DNA of 64,000 nucleotides from NCBI GenBank assembly GCA_000165345.1, contig CM000435.1, positions 832,001 to 896,000 of the forward strand, read 5' to 3'. Shown piece by piece: positions 58,190 to 64,000 of this stretch (position 1 is its first letter; each line of letters starts with the position of its first letter). The notes under the pieces were generated by a model. It saw only the letters and a program-made list of their open reading frames with translations, ran no database searches and was not told where the DNA came from. The position numbers and the translations under genes were made by a program.

Positions 58190-59887
58190 ATGGGACCAAA
58201 ACAGAGGAAATCGCTCTCTTCGGTGTCTTCGCAGTCCTACTCAAATTCTCCTTGGAAAGCATTGACTAGAATAGAGCTATATCAGGTTCTTGATCAGTGT
58301 GATATTCCCGTTTCTTCTGAGAAGCTTTTAAAGGGAGAGCTTATTGAATTGCTTGAAGGCAATCTTGACGAAGAAGAATGCAGAAAGTGGCTAGAATACT
58401 ATGAAAAGCCACTCCCTAATTCAAACTTTGGTCTCAGAAAAAATGAACCATCTACCTCTAACATAAAAAAAGAAGCTGTAGTTAGAGAAAGAAAATCTGT
58501 ACCTGCATATATTGCTGTTGCCAATACAAATCCAGATGTTTTAAATTCTATCCAAGGTTCCCCATTAAATGAATTTAGTAGAAATAGAACTTTAAGAAGA
58601 CGGAATTCAATGTATTCAGATCACTCAGAAGGAGCAAAGGAAAGTTGTGAACAAAAAAATCTTGAATCTTTAAATGGACTTAAAAAAGACACGTTATCTG
58701 ATTATTTTGCAGCGAATAGTACTAAATTCTACAGTAAGGACAATTACTCAAATGAGGACATCTCAGGTGAAATGCATGCATCATCGAATGACAGGCCAGA
58801 AGCTCGAGCATACAAATCTTTAGGGCAGAGAATAATCGGCAAGACCAAAATTGCTTTGAAATCTATTAACTCAAAAATGATAATAATCCTTGTAGCTTTA
58901 TTTATATTCTTCGCCTTATACAACCACTACTACTACTTTTTCAATGAGCCAAATTTTTGTAACTCAAATATCTATGGTGAGAAAACGCTAAGTCCCTCAA
59001 ATTGTATTAAATGTCCGCCTAACGGACACTGCAAAGATGGAAATTTGAAGTGCAACACTCAATACAAAAAAGCAATGAAATATCTAAATAATAGATGGCA
59101 GATTATTTGTATATATGATAACGAGGCATTTGACCTCGCTGAAGAAATGCTCACATTTATTACAAATAAGCTTAGAAAGCTACGTGGTAATCGTGCATGT
59201 AGTGGGAATAGCCTATATGATGTATTTTTTCCTGATAAAAGAAAAAATAGTCAGATTTCTGATTTTGATAGATCTGTAGCTTTAAGTGAGAAGGAGATCA
59301 ATGATATCATACATCTTTCTTTCAACTACATTGAGCAAAGTACTGTTGAAAGCGCTATTTCAATAATGTGGAACTCAATTAAAACAGGAAATTCTTTAAC
59401 TAGGTATGGACTAAGAGTAGTTAAACACAAAGACCCCAACTTAAATTCAGATTCAACTTCTAAAAATAGTGATAATCAGTTTATTGAAGAAGGTAGCTTT
59501 ATTGAAGCTTTAGATTCCGAGACCTCACTTATTTGTGAAGCTAAATTATTTATTCAGAAATGGGTGATAATTTTAATTGGTATTATCTTCATATTTTTAC
59601 CATTATATTTCAGAATAAGAACAAGAAGAAGAAAGGCAGAATTAATCCGAAAAATTAAGGCTATAATTTGTAGGGAAAATAGAAAGGATACTACAACTGG
59701 TTTATTTGTAGGCCCCGACTCAGAAACTATATTGAGATTATTAAGTGTAGAGTTCCCTAAGTATAAGAAGATTCTAAATGAACAACTTGTGATAGAGTAT
59801 TGTGATGAACTTGAACATAATGATCCAAATATCCACAAAACCTTAATGTCTGAAAGTAAGCACCCATTCTATTGGTCTTCCTGTTGA
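58190..59887 (+). CDS. Inner-nuclear-membrane HeH/LEM-domain protein of the Src1/Heh2/MAN1/LEM2 family
   Basis: 565 aa. An N-terminal helix-extension-helix motif LTRIELYQVLDQCDIPVSSEKLLKGELIELLEG resembles the Src1/MAN1 HeH (…LKVAELRRIL..NNVDYPSNAKKNALVGLF). TM1 is IIILVALFIFFALYNHYYYF. The luminal Cys motif CIKCPPNGHCKDGNLKCNTQYKK resembles yeast Src1/Heh CIPCPPNGICYPYLKLKCKPDYK. TM2 is WVIILIGIIFIFLPLYF, followed by an ~90-aa basic C-terminal (MSC-like) domain. Confidence 0.7.
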   Translation: MGPKQRKSLSSVSSQSYSNSPWKALTRIELYQVLDQCDIPVSSEKLLKGELIELLEGNLDEEECRKWLEYYEKPLPNSNFGLRKNEPSTSNIKKEAVVRERKSVPAYIAVANTNPDVLNSIQGSPLNEFSRNRTLRRRNSMYSDHSEGAKESCEQKNLESLNGLKKDTLSDYFAANSTKFYSKDNYSNEDISGEMHASSNDRPEARAYKSLGQRIIGKTKIALKSINSKMIIILVALFIFFALYNHYYYFFNEPNFCNSNIYGEKTLSPSNCIKCPPNGHCKDGNLKCNTQYKKAMKYLNNRWQIICIYDNEAFDLAEEMLTFITNKLRKLRGNRACSGNSLYDVFFPDKRKNSQISDFDRSVALSEKEINDIIHLSFNYIEQSTVESAISIMWNSIKTGNSLTRYGLRVVKHKDPNLNSDSTSKNSDNQFIEEGSFIEALDSETSLICEAKLFIQKWVIILIGIIFIFLPLYFRIRTRRRKAELIRKIKAIICRENRKDTTTGLFVGPDSETILRLLSVEFPKYKKILNEQLVIEYCDELEHNDPNIHKTLMSESKHPFYWSSC

Positions 59888-59905
59888 AAAAAATTTAGCT
59901 GGTGA

Positions 59906-59927
59906 ATATATATATATATATATATAT
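59906..59927. repeat. (AT)11 dinucleotide microsatellite
   Basis: atatatatatatatatatatat lies directly 3' of the HeH gene stop. Confidence 0.9.
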
Positions 59928-60053
59928 TTATATACTAAAGTGCCAATTTAGGCAGACTATATAGACTATAAGAATTTAAGATGTACTGCTAGGAAAAGAA
60001 CGAATCAAAATATAATTAATAGTAAATTATTTCCTTTATTATTATTATTAGTA

Positions 60054-60070
60054 TTTTTTTTTTTTTTTTT
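60054..60070. repeat. Poly(dT)17 homopolymer, preceded by (ATT)4 at 60041..60052
   Basis: Seen directly. An A12 run follows at 60139..60150. All lie in the 317-bp spacer upstream of the ATG at 60205. Confidence 0.9.
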
Positions 60071-60204
60071 GCATTTCTTTAATTGCACGATTGACAGTAA
60101 ATTTTTTTGAATGAAATATTACTAGAATAAATTAGCGCAAAAAAAAAAAATGAATTATAAAAAATCCAGATTAACTTAAATTCTGAAATGATAGGCTAAG
60201 CATT

Positions 60205-60708
60205 ATGGATTTATCCGATAGTTTTGATATAGCAAAGCAATCTGGCGTTAGAGGGGGAGCCGAGCAATTTAATTGGGACAGCTTAAGATCAATTCCTAGA
60301 AAAGAAAGGGAACACTATTTAGGACACAGTTTGCATTATAATCGTTCAAGAGGGAGGGGTAGATTTAGTAGGAATGATTGGTTTAGTAAAGTTCATAAAT
60401 CAAAACCTGAAAAGTGTACTTCTTCAGAATTTCAGAATGAACGTGAACGTATAATGAATAAAGAGCGAGAAATAATGAACAAATTGCTTGGTATTCCAGA
60501 TAATTCCGAAGTTAGCGAATATATAAAAAATGAAGTTTCCGAATCAGATAAAAACGCAGGTACTCATATTCAAGAATCTCAAGAAATGCGTATTATTAGT
60601 TGCATTGGGAGAGGAAGTAAGGGAGGAATTCAAGTAAACAAGAATCAAATTTGTAATGAGCAAAGAAAGGCAAAAAGACGTTCTTTTAGCAGATCATTAT
60701 CACCTTGA
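60205..60708 (+). CDS. MMTAG2-like protein (multiple-myeloma-tumor-associated-2 / 'kinase phosphorylation' domain family)
   Basis: 167 aa. The N-terminus SGVRGGAEQFNWDSLRSIPRKEREHYLGHSL matches the conserved MMTAG2 start (GVRGGQDQFNWEDVK…RENYLGNSL). The remainder is charged and R/S/K-rich. Confidence 0.65.
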   Translation: MDLSDSFDIAKQSGVRGGAEQFNWDSLRSIPRKEREHYLGHSLHYNRSRGRGRFSRNDWFSKVHKSKPEKCTSSEFQNERERIMNKEREIMNKLLGIPDNSEVSEYIKNEVSESDKNAGTHIQESQEMRIISCIGRGSKGGIQVNKNQICNEQRKAKRRSFSRSLSP

Positions 60709-60880
60709 AATTATTTTTATTTAATCTGAAAAGAAAAATATATTTTGATTTTTAGCTAAATTTATTAATTTTTTTTTTTTTTACAATATAAATATAGCGG
60801 TAATCAAATTTTACTTTTTTTTCTTTTAACCTTTATAGTTTATTGCAAGTTTGATATAATAAAGGAAAGGATAAATTGAG

Positions 60881-61901
60881 ATGTTGTCAGAAGATGAAGT
60901 TGCTATCTATGATCGTCAAATTAGACTTTGGGGTAGCCAGGCACAAAAAAAGTAAGACAAAATGATATAAAGTTGAAATTAATTTATTAAAATTAATTAA
61001 TTTGCAGACTGATGAATAGTGAACTATTGATTTTAGGCTTGAGCCCAATACACTTCGAATTCATCAAAAATATTGTTTTGGCAGGTAAGCTTTTTTTTTT
61101 TTAAACAAATCTTAATTAAATCCATTATCATTTCCTTCATTTTTTTTTCTAGGGATTAAAGCATCAATATGGGATAATATCAATGTTCGTAACTGTGACC
61201 TAGCATGTAATTTCCTACTAGAAGAAGAAGATATTGGTAAGCAGAGAATAGTATGTATAGATAAATTCAAGGAAATGAACCCCTTGACAAAGGTTTACAC
61301 TGCAGATCAGGACGAAACCGATGTCGAGTTATTTTGTGAAAGTTGTTTAAATAAAACAAATTATACTGGAATTGTGGCTTCATTGGATGAGGAAGTAAAT
61401 ATGCTAAATGCAAAGAATATTAGTAAAAAGTTTCAATCGAAAGACACTTTTATTTCTTTTTCAGTTTCAATTGGTACTAGGATTTTCCTTTTTTTTAATA
61501 ATAATACTATTACTTTTGATGAGGCTTTGGAGTTTAATATAGATAAATTAAAGCAAATACTTCATTCAGTTAAGAATTTACACCCATATATACTAATTAT
61601 TATTTGTATGCTTAGAGAAAGGTATCAAAAAGCAGTGAAGAATGAGTCTCAAAGTTCTGAAATTGATGAAATATTAAAGGAAATAAAAACTACTCCCAGT
61701 ATTGATATTGAGAAGGCTCTCGAACTTGAAAAAATATTCAACGAAACATGGGGAAAGACAATATCTCCAATTGCTTCAATAGGAGGAGGATTGCTTTGCC
61801 AGGAAGTTACAAAGTTTTGTATTCATGGTGTTGGAGAGTACTTTTGCTGTATTTTTGATATGGAGCTGTGTGAGGCAGTCACTGCTACAGTCAAAGTGTG
61901 A
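60881..61901 (+). CDS. AOS1: SUMO-activating enzyme subunit 1 (SAE1/Aos1); 3 exons
   Basis: Exons 60881..60951, 61008..61084 and 61153..61901 total 897 nt (298 aa). The donors are both GTAAG. The product MLSEDEVAIYDRQIRLWGSQAQKK|LMNSELLILGLSPIHFEFIKNIVLAG|GIKASIWDNINVRNCDLACNFLLEEEDIGKQRIV... follows SAE1 (…AQYDRQIRLWGLEAQKRLRASRVLLVGLKGLGAEIAKNLILAGVKGLTMLD…) through the C-terminal ISPIASIGGGLLCQEVTKF (cf. APVCAVVGGILAQEIVKAL). The ORF track shows only the last exon. Confidence 0.75.
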
Positions 61902-62024
61902 CATGTATGACAAAAAATTATAGTTTTATTTTTTTTCGGATTTTTTTTTTCAATAAGTTTAGGCGGTTGGTCAATTTTAATTTTAAATAACTAGATTAGG
62001 ATCATCAAATAAGTAATTTAAACG

Positions 62025-63212
62025 ATGAATTATGTTGAAAATGATATAGTAGTATATAATTCTTCAGAGAAGTGTAAGGTTTATAATACATTTGAAGAGA
62101 TGGGTCTGAAAGATAACTTGCTTAGAGGAATATACAGTTATGGTTTTGAGTTTCCTTCAGCAATTCAAAGACGAGCAATAGTTCCAATAATACAAGGTAG
62201 AGATACAATTATTCAATCTCAAAGTGGTACTGGAAAGACCTGTGTTTTTTCTGTGGGTGCTTTGGAGATTTGTTCGAAGAGTAAAGAGAATGTTCCAATG
62301 GTTTTGATTTTATCGCCAACAAGAGAGTTGGCAGAGCAAAGTGAAAAAGTATGCACCTCGATCGGGGATTATCTAGATATTAGGGCACACTCTTGTATTG
62401 GAGGAAAGAAGTTAAAGGATGACATTAAAGCTCTTAATAGCGGTGTGTCAATTATTTCAGGTACTCCAGGTAGAGTATTACAAATGATAGAGCAAGGATA
62501 TTTATCTACAAAAAAAATTAAGCTTCTAATAATTGATGAAGCAGATGAAATGTTTGATTATGGTTTCAAGACTCAGGTTTATGATATTTACAAATATCTT
62601 CCTCCAAGAATACAGACTGTGTTGGTTTCTGCAACTTTGCCTGATGATATTTTGGTAATGGCTCAAAAATTTATGAGAAATCCACTCCAGATATTAGTTC
62701 CAAAAGAAGAGGTTTCTTTAGACAAAATTAGGCAATACCATGTCCAGGTAGAGGAAGAAAAATGGAAATTTGAAACCTTGTGCGATTTATATGATACTTT
62801 AACTGTTACTCAATCTATTATTTTTTGCAACACAAAAAATAAGGTTGAATGGCTGAGTAAAAAAATGATGGAAAACCATTTTACAGTATCTTTTGTGCAT
62901 GGAGATCTCCCACAAGTTACCAGAGAAGAAATATTGAGAGAGTTTAGAGAAGGAAAAACACGAGTTTTAATTACAACAGATTTATGGGGAAGAGGTATTG
63001 ATGTACAACAAGTCAACTTAGTTGTAAACTACGATCTACCTATTAATAAAGAATTATATATCCATCGAATTGGAAGAAGTGGCAGATTTGGAAGATCTGG
63101 AATTGCTATAAACCTGATTACTAAAGAGGACGAAAGTATGCTTTCTTTATTAGAACGCTTTTATTCTATTAAAATTTCCAAGTTGCCAGGAAACGTCAAA
63201 AATTTGTTGTAA
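62025..63212 (+). CDS. eIF4A-family DEAD-box RNA helicase (eIF4A or eIF4A-III/Fal1-like)
   Basis: 395 aa. Q-motif region [13 protein letters not shown], motif I SQSGTGKT, Ia [16 protein letters not shown] (DEAD), [35 protein letters not shown]. The length and termini fit eIF4A. It is more divergent than canonical eIF4A usually is. Confidence 0.85.
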   Translation: MNYVENDIVVYNSSEKCKVYNTFEEMGLKDNLLRGIYSYGFEFPSAIQRRAIVPIIQGRDTIIQSQSGTGKTCVFSVGALEICSKSKENVPMVLILSPTRELAEQSEKVCTSIGDYLDIRAHSCIGGKKLKDDIKALNSGVSIISGTPGRVLQMIEQGYLSTKKIKLLIIDEADEMFDYGFKTQVYDIYKYLPPRIQTVLVSATLPDDILVMAQKFMRNPLQILVPKEEVSLDKIRQYHVQVEEEKWKFETLCDLYDTLTVTQSIIFCNTKNKVEWLSKKMMENHFTVSFVHGDLPQVTREEILREFREGKTRVLITTDLWGRGIDVQQVNLVVNYDLPINKELYIHRIGRSGRFGRSGIAINLITKEDESMLSLLERFYSIKISKLPGNVKNLL

Positions 63213-63260
63213 CTATAAATTTATAATTATTTGGGAAATTCCAACCACTTATTCTTACCA

Positions 63261-64000
63261 CTAGCTTTTCTTTAATGAGGAAGTTAATGAATAATGTTTA
63301 AACTCATCGCAATACGCCTTATATAATATTGCGTCTAGTACAGATTCAAAACTGAATGGGAATATATATTTCGTTTTGAAATCCATAATATTCTTATTAT
63401 TATATGTAATCTCCTTAAATTGTTGAAAGGATATTTGAAACTTTTCAGACGATTTAAAGTAAGTATACGACTCTGATAGAATTATATCATATAATTTTTG
63501 TAATAAATATGCTATATATTCAAACATATCAATACAATATAGATTCATTCCATTATTTATTGGTTGCTTAAGAAGAGCCAAAATTACTTTCTGATCTTTT
63601 CTGATTGATAAATGAAATCCAATAAATTTTAGAAAATCTTCAAAATATTCAAAGTAACTTTCTGATTTTTGATATCTAATTCGTTTTGATATCAATCTGT
63701 GCAAGGCCTCAATTTTTTCATCATTAATTTTTGAATTTGTAAAAAAGTAGCTCTTTCTATTCTTTGTAATTGGACTTATTTTGCCAGAAAGAATATCACT
63801 CCAAATTATATCCCAAAACATTTTTCTATATTTACAAAATTCAGTTTCTGTCTTTAAATGTTCTTGTTTATAAATGTTTATCTTTCCTTTTAATAAACGG
63901 ATATAAATATCTAATATGTCATCCTTATATACCTTTTTAAACAATTGTTCTTTTCCGTACTTTTTTTGAAGATCTTCCCAGATACCAAAACCTGTGAAAT
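63261..64000 (-). CDS. Hypothetical protein, partial (its 5' end lies beyond the window end)
   Basis: The minus-strand frame is open from the window edge (64000) down to the stop at 63261. The ORF track's 'M' at 63944 is a TTG codon, not an ATG. Lys/Phe/Tyr-rich with no motif recognised. It converges on eIF4A with a 48-bp spacer. Confidence 0.5.
   Translation of the reverse strand, partial: FTGFGIWEDLQKKYGKEQLFKKVYKDDILDIYIRLLKGKINIYKQEHLKTETEFCKYRKMFWDIIWSDILSGKISPITKNRKSYFFTNSKINDEKIEALHRLISKRIRYQKSESYFEYFEDFLKFIGFHLSIRKDQKVILALLKQPINNGMNLYCIDMFEYIAYLLQKLYDIILSESYTYFKSSEKFQISFQQFKEITYNNKNIMDFKTKYIFPFSFESVLDAILYKAYCDEFKHYSLTSSLKKS

Noticed and set aside
1-64000. Prokaryotic interpretation (operons, CRISPR, phage or defence islands)
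   Set aside because: The gene content is unmistakably eukaryotic (RPB2, MyoA, Sec63, COG4, SAE1, eIF4A, HeH protein). Spliceosomal GT-AG introns are present. There are no Shine-Dalgarno spacing patterns, no CRISPR-like direct repeats, and no rRNA or tRNA.

Overview
This is an AT-rich, gene-dense eukaryotic (nuclear) window with standard-code ORFs, small GT-AG introns in a few genes, and intergenic spacers of 40-500 bp. The protein set identifies it as apicomplexan and is most consistent with a compact Cryptosporidium-like genome. Supporting genes are a class-XIV MyoA-type myosin with no tail, an RPB2 nearly collinear with yeast Rpb2, Sec63, an eIF4A-family helicase, a NEK kinase, a PHO80-type cyclin, HSBP1, SAE1/Aos1, COG4, a long-chain polyprenyl-PP synthase and a Src1/MAN1/LEM2-type HeH inner-nuclear-membrane protein. 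I support about 26 protein-coding genes (two truncated by the window edges) and found no rRNA, tRNA, transposon or CRISPR. The dominant feature, 17.4-51.0 kb and more than half the window, is an uninterrupted array of seven intronless genes encoding large (603-2906 aa) proteins. Each begins with a hydrophobic signal peptide, lacks any domain I recognise, and sits between housekeeping genes (MyoA on the left, Sec63 on the right). Several members share a weak motif just after the signal peptide (KLPxIY ... SG-x-[QR]-x-[WL]-F), which suggests a tandemly duplicated, fast-diverging lineage-specific family of secreted proteins. Other points: two intron-rich genes (NEK, SAE1) that the ORF track fragments, a partial LRR gene at the left edge missing from the ORF track, convergent gene pairs whose stop codons are 3-48 bp apart, and E2F-like GGCG(C/G)(C/G) boxes 60-210 bp upstream of many start codons. 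All functional calls come from by-eye motif recognition; no searches were run.
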